Positions 33,767 through 42,162 of a DNA stretch of 64,000 bases are shown here, one piece after another (position 1 is the stretch's first letter; each line of letters starts with the position of its first letter). Made by a program: the position numbers and the translations under genes. This DNA comes from an archaeon. Lineage in GTDB: Archaea > Nanobdellota > Nanobdellia > Pacearchaeales > GW2011-AR1. Where the stretch lies: NCBI GenBank assembly GCA_018657525.1, contig JABHWZ010000002.1:84590-148589 (forward strand). Reading direction: 5' to 3'. The notes beneath the pieces were generated by a model. That model was not told the DNA's origin and did not search any database. It worked only from the letters and a program-made list of their open reading frames with translations.

Positions 33767-33893
33767 AGGTTTAAATAGTTTTTCGAGTTTAAATATTTTT
33801 AGTATACTTTGGAGTAGTTCTACTTTTTATTATTACAAATTAATGATGATGCTTTGTAAAAAAAGGAAGAGTTCAAGTCAGCATATCCCGGCG

Positions 33894-33919
33894 AGGTAAT
33901 TGATTATAAATCTTTATTA
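33894..33919 (+). repeat. direct repeat AGGTAATTGATTATAAATCTTTATTA, right copy
   Basis: See 32719-32743. Confidence 0.85.
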
Positions 33920-33979
33920 TTGAATATGAAGAATCTCATCAATCACAAATTATTTAAATTAAATAATTAGATTATTCAT

Positions 33980-34156
33980 ATGGCAAATCCTTCAAAAGTA
34001 TCTTTTATAATCGGAGCAATAATCCTATTATCCGGATTTTTATTTCAAAGTTCCGCAAGCGCAAATTTAATTGTTCAGATTTATTCTAAATGGATATTTG
34101 CCCTCGGAGGATTATTCATTTTAATCGGGCTTCTAAATTTAGCATTGGGAAAATAA
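33980..34156 (+). CDS. small membrane protein (58 aa, MANPSKVSFIIGAIILLSGF...)
   Basis: Hand-translated and not in the track. Two hydrophobic helices. Confidence 0.35.
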   Translation: MANPSKVSFIIGAIILLSGFLFQSSASANLIVQIYSKWIFALGGLFILIGLLNLALGK

Positions 34157-34201
34157 TCTTTTTAAGAAAGTTATCTGATTTAATAATCTAAATAGAGGGG
34201 A

Positions 34202-34762
34202 TTAAACTTTTTTAATTATTAAAACAAAATCCCTTTTTTTTACAGATTTAATATCCTCAAAGTCTTTTTCTAGAAACCTCTTTATATAAGCATTTTTTTG
34301 CCCAGAACTTTTTTCAAAATTAAGCATGTATATTACTAATTTCTTAAATTTTTTGTTATACTCCCTTAATTGTCTATTTAGTCTATCTCTAATTCTCTTC
34401 ACTCCACCCTCTTTACATAGTTTTATTTCAATGCCAATTTTTTTATAACTCATATCCACTATTCCATTACTTTTCTTAATCTGACTTTTAATCCCCTTTA
34501 ACTTAACTCCCAAAGCTCCAAATAGTATATTTTCAATATCTTTTTCATTTTTCTTTTTGAGCGTGTGAGGACTTAAAACTTCTTTTGGATTAAAAGACAT
34601 TAATATTTTTTTAATCTTTTTAAAATCATTATTTATTCTTGTGCTAGATAGTGAACTTTGTTGGTTTGATTTTTTATTAATTGTCTTTTTCTTAACTTTC
34701 TTTTTTATAGATCTTTTTTTTCTCTTTGGAGCTTCTCCCCAAAAATCTTCAAATAACCCCAT
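34202..34762 (-). CDS. hypothetical protein with a basic N-terminus and a possible PD-(D/E)xK nuclease-like core
   Basis: IVDMSYKKIGIEIKL fits a D...E-x-K spacing. This is weak. Confidence 0.3.
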   Translation of the reverse strand: MGLFEDFWGEAPKRKKRSIKKKVKKKTINKKSNQQSSLSSTRINNDFKKIKKILMSFNPKEVLSPHTLKKKNEKDIENILFGALGVKLKGIKSQIKKSNGIVDMSYKKIGIEIKLCKEGGVKRIRDRLNRQLREYNKKFKKLVIYMLNFEKSSGQKNAYIKRFLEKDFEDIKSVKKRDFVLIIKKV

Positions 34763-34916
34763 TTTATATCTACTATAAAAATCTCTAACTTATAAATTTA
34801 TCCCTCTCCAAATTCATTCTAACTCTCGCTACGCTCGTCTCTTGTTACTTTCTTATTTAGAAGTTCAAACTAATGTGTTTGAGGGTAGATGATATTTGAA
34901 TTAAAATAAATTAAAT

Positions 34917-35222
34917 TTATCCAAATAGAGCACCTAGCCCTTCTGCTGCAGCTTCTTTCTTTTCTTCTTTTGGCTTCTCAGCTTTTGCTTCTCCACCTTC
35001 AGCTCCACCCGCAGGTGCGCTTCCAGCAGCAGGAGCACTAGCAACTAAACTAGCACTTGCTAATTCAGCTTCGATATCCACGTCCTTCAAACTAGCAACA
35101 AGAGACTTGATTTTACTCTCGTCCACGTCGATGCCAGCGGCTGCAACAACACTTTTGATTCCTTCTTCATTAACTTCCTTTCCTGCCTTATGCAGTAAAA
35201 GTGCTGCGTATACGTTTTCCAT
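34917..35222 (-). CDS. rpl12: 50S ribosomal stalk protein P1 (archaeal L12)
   Basis: MENVYAALLLHKAGKEVNEEGIK..., an Ala/Gly hinge, and the C-terminal EKKEAAAEGLGALFG. Confidence 0.9.
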   Translation of the reverse strand: MENVYAALLLHKAGKEVNEEGIKSVVAAAGIDVDESKIKSLVASLKDVDIEAELASASLVASAPAAGSAPAGGAEGGEAKAEKPKEEKKEAAAEGLGALFG

Positions 35223-35237
35223 TTTATTGTTTTCCTC
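35219..35237. repeat. 19-nt perfect direct repeat (CCATTTTATTGTTTTCCTC on the plus strand) spanning the stop/start junction, copy 1
   Basis: Identical to 35430-35448. On the coding strand it reads GAGGAAAACAATAAAATGG, i.e. -GKQ stop, A, ATG G. Confidence 0.9.
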
Positions 35238-35433
35238 TCCCAGAATTTAGTTCTGTTTGAGTTGAATATCTATTACAAATTTGATAATCATTTGGACAAC
35301 TCATTGCCCAGAATCGATCTATTTCACTTGCGCAGGGACTACCATCATATAAAAACGGACACATCTTTCCTTCTTCTTTCAAATTTTCAAGTCTTTGAGT
35401 AATTTCTTCTGACATTATTAAATTTTCTGCCAT
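35224..35433 (-). CDS. hypothetical Cys-rich protein (69 aa) intercalated upstream of rpl12
   Basis: There are 1-nt gaps on both sides when started at the ATG at 35433. Contains a CPF...C...C...C pattern and is flanked by the 19-nt perfect repeat. Confidence 0.6.
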   Translation of the reverse strand: MAENLIMSEEITQRLENLKEEGKMCPFLYDGSPCASEIDRFWAMSCPNDYQICNRYSTQTELNSGRGKQ

Positions 35434-35448
35434 TTTATTGTTTTCCTC
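35430..35448. repeat. 19-nt perfect direct repeat, copy 2
   Basis: See 35219-35237. Confidence 0.9.
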
Positions 35449-35764
35449 CATTTAAATTTGGAGTTTGAACTTGGTAAGCTCTTACCCAAAATTTATTTGA
35501 AAAGTCAACTTCATCCATTCCTTCTGAAATAAGTACTCCTGCTAATAAACCTTCTACAATTCCTTGTCCGTCCGGAGCACATCTTCTCCCTATTTTATTC
35601 CAAGAATTATCTGGATCTCTCCTAACATCACGAAACCGGATGTTTTTACAACCCTGTGAATGATATACCTCTATTTTTACCATTAGAGTCTCTCCAGTAG
35701 ATGGTGCAGGATATTGATAAATTTCATCCAACATCCCTTGTGGGATAGAATCTCTTTCTGTCAT
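35435..35764 (-). CDS. hypothetical protein (109 aa) intercalated downstream of rpl10
   Basis: The ATG at 35764 lies 1 nt after the rpl10 stop; the track start at 35857 overlaps rpl10. Confidence 0.6.
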   Translation of the reverse strand: MTERDSIPQGMLDEIYQYPAPSTGETLMVKIEVYHSQGCKNIRFRDVRRDPDNSWNKIGRRCAPDGQGIVEGLLAGVLISEGMDEVDFSNKFWVRAYQVQTPNLNGGKQ

Positions 35765-35765
35765 T

Positions 35766-36722
35766 TTATCCAAACAGTGCACCAAGACCTTCAGCTGCTG
35801 CTTCTTTCTTGGGCTCCTCCTTTTTTTCTGGTTTTGATTCTTCTGCTGGTGCTTCAACTGCCACTGGCTCTGGTTCCCCAGTCATTATTCTATGAACTTT
35901 AGTTCCATGTGCATTTGCTTTTGCTAACAAGTGAGAAATTGTATCTTTTGAGACATATCCCATAGAAACTGCAAAAGACAATGCCTTCCCATAATCTGCC
36001 TTCAAATTTTCAAGAGCCCCTTCAATATCAATTTTAATTTCTGCATAAAATTTATTCTCTTTAGTATCAAGCGCACTCAAAGGTAAGAACCCAATTGAAA
36101 ACGGTTTAATATCTAACTTACTCATCATCGCCGCTGCCCCCGAAGAAATCTCTTCGCCTTCTTTAACTAAAACTTTATCTTCCTTAATTGCAATTTTCCC
36201 ATCTTTAATCTGAATCTGAATTCCCAAAGCACCCAATTCTGAAATTGCTGGACCTGGAACTAAATCTGTTGGACCTGCTGAAACAATAATGTCCAACGGA
36301 GCAATTTGTCCAACTTTTGCTTTTGCAGGACTTTTGTTTCTTAATAAATCCAGAGATAAATCAAATGCATCACTTTCTGAAAATAATATTGCAACAGCTT
36401 CGCCAATCGAACCCTTTAATTTTTCTCCTTCTTTTGTTTCCGCTTCATCGATCGCTCTAAGAATTAAATTTTTCTTTGGAACTTTTACAACTGCTTGTCC
36501 TCGAAGTTTCTTAACAATTTCTTGAAATTGTGAGCCAGGCAAATTCTTAATTGAAGCAATTAAAACTGTTTTACTCCCACTAACTAAATCCTTTAACTCT
36601 GTAACAGTTTCCAATTTCCACTTTGGTGGATCAGTTCTTGCCGAGCGTTTTTGCGAACCTTTCGCGTCGCCCTTGATGTGAGCGGGAGCGCGAGTTTGAG
36701 CTGGTTTTTTTATTTCTGCCAT
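35766..36722 (-). CDS. rpl10: 50S ribosomal stalk protein uL10 (P0)
   Basis: PKWKLETVTELKDLV...VLIASIKNLPGSQFQEI and the C-terminal KKEAAAEGLGALFG. Confidence 0.9.
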   Translation of the reverse strand: MAEIKKPAQTRAPAHIKGDAKGSQKRSARTDPPKWKLETVTELKDLVSGSKTVLIASIKNLPGSQFQEIVKKLRGQAVVKVPKKNLILRAIDEAETKEGEKLKGSIGEAVAILFSESDAFDLSLDLLRNKSPAKAKVGQIAPLDIIVSAGPTDLVPGPAISELGALGIQIQIKDGKIAIKEDKVLVKEGEEISSGAAAMMSKLDIKPFSIGFLPLSALDTKENKFYAEIKIDIEGALENLKADYGKALSFAVSMGYVSKDTISHLLAKANAHGTKVHRIMTGEPEPVAVEAPAEESKPEKKEEPKKEAAAEGLGALFG

Positions 36723-36723
36723 T

Positions 36724-36972
36724 TTATTCTATCACCTTCCTTTTTAATTTTCCGTTAATTATTTCATATGTTCTGGAAAATTCTTCCTCTGTCCCATAAT
36801 TAGTATAAACTCGACTTCCTTCCTCTCCCCAAATAAAAACATAGTTCTCTTCTATTGATCCAGATAAATTATGAACTATTTGTTTCGCCTCTCTTCCATT
36901 TAAAACTTCTAAAAGTCCTTTTCGTCCATCATCAACTTCTCTTCCAATCCATTGTTTCCAATTATTTTCCAT
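36724..36972 (-). CDS. hypothetical protein (82 aa) intercalated between rpl1 and rpl10
   Basis: There are 1-nt gaps on both sides. Its last codons encode GGAAGGTGAT, the SD for rpl10. Confidence 0.6.
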   Translation of the reverse strand: MENNWKQWIGREVDDGRKGLLEVLNGREAKQIVHNLSGSIEENYVFIWGEEGSRVYTNYGTEEEFSRTYEIINGKLKRKVIE

Positions 36973-36973
36973 T

Positions 36974-37606
36974 TTATCTTATCGAAATTTTCTGCGGTTT
37001 AGTCATTGTGAATTTAACTTCAACATTCTTTACATTTTCTTTTTCTCGCGGTAAATGTTTCAGAACAGTTTTGTAAATTGTATTAATATTCTCAATTATG
37101 TCTTCATCTTTCATACTCTGTTTCCCAATCGCAAGTTTAATACTAGCCTCTTTAACTTTAATTTTTATACTATTACTAATTTTTGCTTTCACTTCATTTA
37201 TTGCTTTATCATCTGCATTTAGAATTATTCCTAACTGGGGAGAAGGCATTTTTCCTGCTGGTCCTAACGCTCTACCAAAGGTTGTTGCAATTTTTGGCAT
37301 TAAACTTCCTTGCGCAAGAAAAAAATCATAACTCTCTACTAATTTTTTTAATTTCTTCTTATCATTATATTTCTTAAATTGCTCTGGAGTAATCGTATCC
37401 ACATTTTTATTGTCTGATTCTAAGAAACCTGCAATTTTTTTCTCTTTTACTTGATGCGGAACATTCACAATAACATTAAGTGTTGTTTTTTTCAAATCAA
37501 CTTTTTGCAAATTTATAATTAAATCAACTGTTTGGTCAAACTTCCGTTCCTTCCCTTTACGTAACTCTTCCAGAGCTTTTTTTAAATCGGTTTTCAAATC
37601 TGCCAT
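36974..37606 (-). CDS. rpl1: 50S ribosomal protein uL1
   Basis: RKFDQTVDLIINLQKVDLKK...LGPAGKMPSPQLG is uL1. Confidence 0.9.
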   Translation of the reverse strand: MADLKTDLKKALEELRKGKERKFDQTVDLIINLQKVDLKKTTLNVIVNVPHQVKEKKIAGFLESDNKNVDTITPEQFKKYNDKKKLKKLVESYDFFLAQGSLMPKIATTFGRALGPAGKMPSPQLGIILNADDKAINEVKAKISNSIKIKVKEASIKLAIGKQSMKDEDIIENINTIYKTVLKHLPREKENVKNVEVKFTMTKPQKISIR

Positions 37607-37720
37607 TTTATTATATGTATCTCCTATATCACGCGTCTCAAACCTAGAGTGTATTTTGAAACGATATAGTCAAGCAATACAAAAACTTTAGATAATTTGA
37701 GTTTATAAATTATTCGGTAG

Positions 37721-38197
37721 TTAATCTGTTACAGGATCACCCATAATATTTGTATGCCCATATTGTTCCAATTCTTTGAGGTTTTGAAGACCAACCAATC
37801 CCATCATACCTATAGAAGTATTACTTATTCTTACCATGCCCAACTTTAATCTTTCATCAATGTCTGAATTGTTCTCTTTTTTTAAGAAAATTTTCTTCAA
37901 CCTTTCATAGTCAGCTTCTGTCAGGTGAATGTCTTCTAAATCTCCTTTCCTTTCTTGTTTTGGAAGTACAACTGCATCAACAAAAACATCTGCCTTTGTG
38001 TTTGTAGGGCAAATAAAATAAATCGCGTCTCCCCGTTTAAAAATTCCCTCATAAATGTCAAACTTTTCTCTTAAACCTCGGACTATTTTCTGACGGTAAT
38101 CAGCATTCAATTTTCCTTTTGCTGATTCATACATTTCAATCCAAGGAGCTTTAAATTCCGCAACACTTACTTCGTTTAACATATCTTTTTGCCACAA
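37721..38197 (-). CDS. hypothetical protein (158 aa)
   Basis: Long ORF with no recognisable motif. Confidence 0.5.
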   Translation of the reverse strand: MWQKDMLNEVSVAEFKAPWIEMYESAKGKLNADYRQKIVRGLREKFDIYEGIFKRGDAIYFICPTNTKADVFVDAVVLPKQERKGDLEDIHLTEADYERLKKIFLKKENNSDIDERLKLGMVRISNTSIGMMGLVGLQNLKELEQYGHTNIMGDPVTD

Positions 38198-38283
38198 TTT
38201 TACTTTATATTCTTTATGGTTTTCGAATATATTATGTTTTCTAGAATATAAAACATTAAAAAGAAATCTATCTCTCTTATTTC

Positions 38284-38634
38284 ATGGAATTAATTTGTTT
38301 ACTATCTTCAGGCAAGGGAACATGGGCGCAGGTTTCTGGTTTAATGAAGCATGGCGAATGGGAAAAAATAATTTTAATCGGTGACGATTTTGCAAAAGAT
38401 TTCAAACACGAAAAAGAATTCGAATTTATTAAAATTGATTTAAGTCAAAGAATTAAAGATTTGAAAGAAGATTTATCTCAAAAATTAAAGGGCAAAATTC
38501 ACGGACTTGAAGTCGCACTCACGCTAGCTTCTGGCGACGGAAAAGAACATATGGCATTACTTTCTGCATTAATCAATTTGCCAGTCGGAGTTAGATTCGC
38601 AGCTCTAACAAAAGAGGGAGTAATTGATTTATAG
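38284..38634 (+). CDS. hypothetical protein (116 aa)
   Basis: ORF of possible small Rossmann-like alpha/beta type. No firm motif. Confidence 0.5.
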   Translation: MELICLLSSGKGTWAQVSGLMKHGEWEKIILIGDDFAKDFKHEKEFEFIKIDLSQRIKDLKEDLSQKLKGKIHGLEVALTLASGDGKEHMALLSALINLPVGVRFAALTKEGVIDL

Positions 38635-38711
38635 GATGAATCTTTCTGAACAATTACAAGAATATCAAGAACAACTTGAACGCAGAGAATTAACTTCTTA
38701 CCCCCTTTGCT

Positions 38712-39032
38712 ATGACTGAATTGCCTAGAGAATTATTTACTGAAGAAAATTGGAGCGAAGAAGAACTAGCAGATTTTGAAACAGCTAGAAAATTAGAATC
38801 AAAAGGTTTTGGATTATTAACCAAATTAGAAAAATCAGAAACAACTACAGTTATTCCAAACAGAGAAAATCCCTGGATAATTAATGCTCAAGGAAGGGTA
38901 ATGGCTCCAGAACAATTGGAAAAAATTCCGCCTTTAAAAATAGGGGATTCAAACAGCGAAGAATTAAGAGACGCTTGTTCTTATTTCACCATTTATCAAA
39001 GATATAAAGAATTTATTTCTCTTGATGGTTAA
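38712..39032 (+). CDS. hypothetical acidic protein (106 aa)
   Basis: ORF preceded by a coupled 27-codon mini-ORF (38636-38719). Confidence 0.5.
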   Translation: MTELPRELFTEENWSEEELADFETARKLESKGFGLLTKLEKSETTTVIPNRENPWIINAQGRVMAPEQLEKIPPLKIGDSNSEELRDACSYFTIYQRYKEFISLDG

Positions 39033-39072
39033 TTTTCCTAAAATTTAAATAGGTGTAAAACATTTTAATCTC

Positions 39073-39261
39073 ATGAAATATGAACTATACTATCCTGGTG
39101 AATCAATGCCTGAGATATGTGATACTGCTACAAGACCATTGCCCGAAAAAGATAGGCAGTATCGTTCTTCAAAGAGAAAAGAATCATTTGTTTTAAGTTA
39201 TATAGATGATTCTAAAATTCCTTGCAAAGTTTATTTTTGTAATAATTGGAACAAAAGATAA
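39073..39261 (+). CDS. hypothetical protein (62 aa)
   Basis: Short ORF with a TATA-like AATTTAAATA about 25 nt upstream. Confidence 0.35.
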   Translation: MKYELYYPGESMPEICDTATRPLPEKDRQYRSSKRKESFVLSYIDDSKIPCKVYFCNNWNKR

Positions 39262-39330
39262 ATTCAACCTCCTCATCTCCATCTTTCACCAAAACAATAA
39301 TTTTTTAAATAAACTCGGTTTGATTATTAA

Positions 39331-39699
39331 ATGAATGGACAATATCAAGAAGGATTCCCAATAATTTCTAAATCAAGAATAAATTCTATGCTTCAACAGA
39401 GAAATTTATTTCCCGGGGAATTAGACAAGGATCATTTAATTTTTAATAAAGGAGATATCGCTGCTAACATAACCTTTGATCACATCGAAGGAAGGCCCAT
39501 TGATCCCAAAACTGTGTTTAAGCTTGTGAGCCATTTGGGAATTAACACCTCCGATAGATATTATCTTTTTGATTATAATAGGCAACAATGGAAACTAGAT
39601 GGAGATTCTCATTTTGGGGGCGATTTCACAAGAATTACTTTAAGATGGCTGGAAGTGGAAGAAAAGGATTGTACCCTCGCCGGATTAGCCGGTGATTAA
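39331..39699 (+). CDS. hypothetical protein (122 aa)
   Basis: ORF whose 3' end overlaps the convergent taw1 by 4 nt. Confidence 0.5.
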   Translation: MNGQYQEGFPIISKSRINSMLQQRNLFPGELDKDHLIFNKGDIAANITFDHIEGRPIDPKTVFKLVSHLGINTSDRYYLFDYNRQQWKLDGDSHFGGDFTRITLRWLEVEEKDCTLAGLAGD

Positions 39700-40691
39700 T
39701 TCCACTTAATTTTTAATTCTTTTTTATCCTTCCCCAAAACAATTGCCCTTGACACTTCGTGCTCGTCGAGGATTTTCCATTTTCCACCCAAGTTCTCAAC
39801 AAGTTCCTTGGCGAATTTTTGCATATCCTTGTGCCAAGGCATTTTATCATAACCCAATCTTGCGCGCGCAAATCCCACGCTCATAAAACCTTTCAATTCA
39901 ATAAACTTTGGATTTGCCTCTTTAATTAATTCAGCAAATTCCAAAATATTTTTCTGCGACATATTTTTTGTTTTAATCAGATTAATTCTAAAAACACTTC
40001 TAGGAAATTGACTCATTAAACTCAAACTTTCATTTAGTTTTTCCCACGCATTTTTTATAGAACTTTTATGGAATTTTGTATAATCTTTTTCATTCGAAGT
40101 ATTAACTGAAATATAAAGTTGCGTAGGCTTTTGTCCTTTTGCTAAAAGTTCTTTCAACTTTTGTGGATAAAGTCCATTAGTGACTAAAAAAGAAGTTTTC
40201 TTTCTTTTTCTCAGCTCTTCAATTAAACTTCCAATTTTCGGATACAGCGTCGGTTCCCCACTCAATGAAATTGCAAATTGCATTGGCTCTTGTGCCTCTT
40301 CAAATTTTTCCATATTTGTATCTTGCCTAACTTGCCGTTTGAATTTACTTGGATCTCCTGACGATTTTTTAAATCCCTCCAAAAGTTTTTTCTGTGCCTC
40401 AATACATCCATCAATAATTGCAGAAGGAGAATTAATTTCATTTCCTAATTTATCCCCAAGATTTAATTCAATTGCTCTCCAACAATGTTCACATTGGTTC
40501 GGACACCACATAACCGCCGGCGTCATTTGGCAACATCTATGGCTTTTTATTCCGTAAAACTTTTCTTTGTAACAAACTCCTTGATCTCGCAAAGACTTTT
40601 TCGTCCAATGACAAACTTGCACTGCTGAATGTTTCCCTACAATTTCATAATGTTGCTTTTTCAAAACTTCCTTAACTTTTTCAGGTATCAT
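39696..40691 (-). CDS. taw1: tRNA 4-demethylwyosine synthase (Taw1/TYW1, radical SAM)
   Basis: N-terminal Cys cluster region (VCHWTKKSL...GVCYK..FYGI.SHRC.QMTP) and the radical-SAM motif CPNQCEHC. Confidence 0.8.
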   Translation of the reverse strand: MIPEKVKEVLKKQHYEIVGKHSAVQVCHWTKKSLRDQGVCYKEKFYGIKSHRCCQMTPAVMWCPNQCEHCWRAIELNLGDKLGNEINSPSAIIDGCIEAQKKLLEGFKKSSGDPSKFKRQVRQDTNMEKFEEAQEPMQFAISLSGEPTLYPKIGSLIEELRKRKKTSFLVTNGLYPQKLKELLAKGQKPTQLYISVNTSNEKDYTKFHKSSIKNAWEKLNESLSLMSQFPRSVFRINLIKTKNMSQKNILEFAELIKEANPKFIELKGFMSVGFARARLGYDKMPWHKDMQKFAKELVENLGGKWKILDEHEVSRAIVLGKDKKELKIKWN

Positions 40692-40723
40692 AAAACTTCA
40701 GAGAAACCATCAATTAAAAATCT

Positions 40724-42115
40724 TTAGAAAAAACTCTTGACCCAGAAAATCATCAAAACTAACAATAATAATAGGAAAAACTGGGTTAATATTGCAAAAC
40801 TTCTTCTTGCAATTTTTTTGCTTCCAGTAATGCCTAAGACGGTTAGATAAAAGAATCTTCCTCCGTCGAAGATCCCAACTGGCAACATATTAATTAGAGC
40901 TACACTTATTGAGATTAAAATTAACCACCATAATAAATTATAAATGAAAACACTTGCTCCATCCCAACGCGGTTTGTAATAAACATTTGGCTTTTTGTAA
41001 CGCATAAAAATCTTAGTAATTTTTTCAGCAAGTCCCGAACTTTCTTGATTGATAAATACAATCTCTGGATGCTGTCCCAAACTAATTTCCGAAGTCCTCA
41101 GCACATCTCTCTCAATACTAGTCAAGGTTATCGTTTCCCCTGCAGAATATTTATTTAATTCTTTCCCAAGTTTTTCTCTATCTAAAATCTCAACTCCATT
41201 AACTTTTGTTATTATCCCCCCAAGGAGATTATTAATCGCTGGAGCATCGTAATATAGTAAAGCATATTCTTCTCCTACAAATTGTTTAACCCCGACGAAT
41301 ACTTCCCCGTTGTATGTTATTTCATTTAATTCTCCGCTATTTAATAATTCTACAACTTGTGGGACGTTTGGATTTTCTAACTGAATTCCATTCACATTTG
41401 CTATCCCGCTAACATTTGCAATTTCATAAGCATAACTATCAAACTGAACTCCGCCAGGTACGAATGCCATAGAAAAAAATACAGACAAAATAATTCCGAA
41501 GAAAATCGCAACTAAAATATTTGCAAAAGTTCCAGCAGAAAGAATTGCCATTTGTTCTGTTTTTTTGTGCTTCTGCATATTCTCTTCGTCGAGCTCAACA
41601 AAGGCCGCTAAAAATACTGGAAGGAAGAATGGAAAGAATCCAAATCCTGTAGATTTGATTTTAATTTTATGGTACGCTGCAAAAATACCGTGGGCAAATT
41701 CATGGGAAATTGCGATTACTGCCAAGATAACAATCCAATAAATAAAAAAGAACGGAGGCAGAAAATCCAATTTAAACGCTTGAGGTAAGTAAGGAATCAA
41801 AGGCATTATCGGCGGAATTTTAATCGCTCGAACAATATCTGGAGCAAAAGCGTAAATCCAAACAATCCGCCCCAAAAACCACAACATCGTAGCCATCAGC
41901 ACATAGCCTAGAGCAATAGAAACATAACTCAAAACTTTCAAAGTTTTAGTGTATTTATTCCCAACATAATTAATAAGTTTAATTCCCCAACCAGCTTTAT
42001 ATAAAAATAGCAAACCTTCTTTTTTTAAATTCTTACGATTCTTATATAAAAATAACGAAACGAAAATTGCAAATAAAGCTAACAATACCAAATCATAAAC
42101 AATAAATTCAACCAT
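40724..42115 (-). CDS. M50-family site-2 protease with an inserted PDZ-like region
   Basis: HEFAHG (HExxH) in a TM helix and NMLPVGIFDGGR (the NxxPxxxLDG motif); multiple TM segments. Confidence 0.8.
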   Translation of the reverse strand: MVEFIVYDLVLLALFAIFVSLFLYKNRKNLKKEGLLFLYKAGWGIKLINYVGNKYTKTLKVLSYVSIALGYVLMATMLWFLGRIVWIYAFAPDIVRAIKIPPIMPLIPYLPQAFKLDFLPPFFFIYWIVILAVIAISHEFAHGIFAAYHKIKIKSTGFGFFPFFLPVFLAAFVELDEENMQKHKKTEQMAILSAGTFANILVAIFFGIILSVFFSMAFVPGGVQFDSYAYEIANVSGIANVNGIQLENPNVPQVVELLNSGELNEITYNGEVFVGVKQFVGEEYALLYYDAPAINNLLGGIITKVNGVEILDREKLGKELNKYSAGETITLTSIERDVLRTSEISLGQHPEIVFINQESSGLAEKITKIFMRYKKPNVYYKPRWDGASVFIYNLLWWLILISISVALINMLPVGIFDGGRFFYLTVLGITGSKKIARRSFAILTQFFLLLLLVLMIFWVKSFF

Positions 42116-42162
42116 CTTTTTACCTAATAATTAAGAAAGTGAAAAAGGGTTTTTAAAATGAA

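Noticed and set aside
38636-38719. 27-codon mini-ORF (MNLSEQLQEYQEQLERRELTSYPLCYD) starting 1 nt after the 116-aa gene and overlapping the next ATG by 8 nt.
   Set aside because: It could be a real micro-protein or a frameshifted N-terminus of the 38712 gene. This cannot be decided from the sequence alone.
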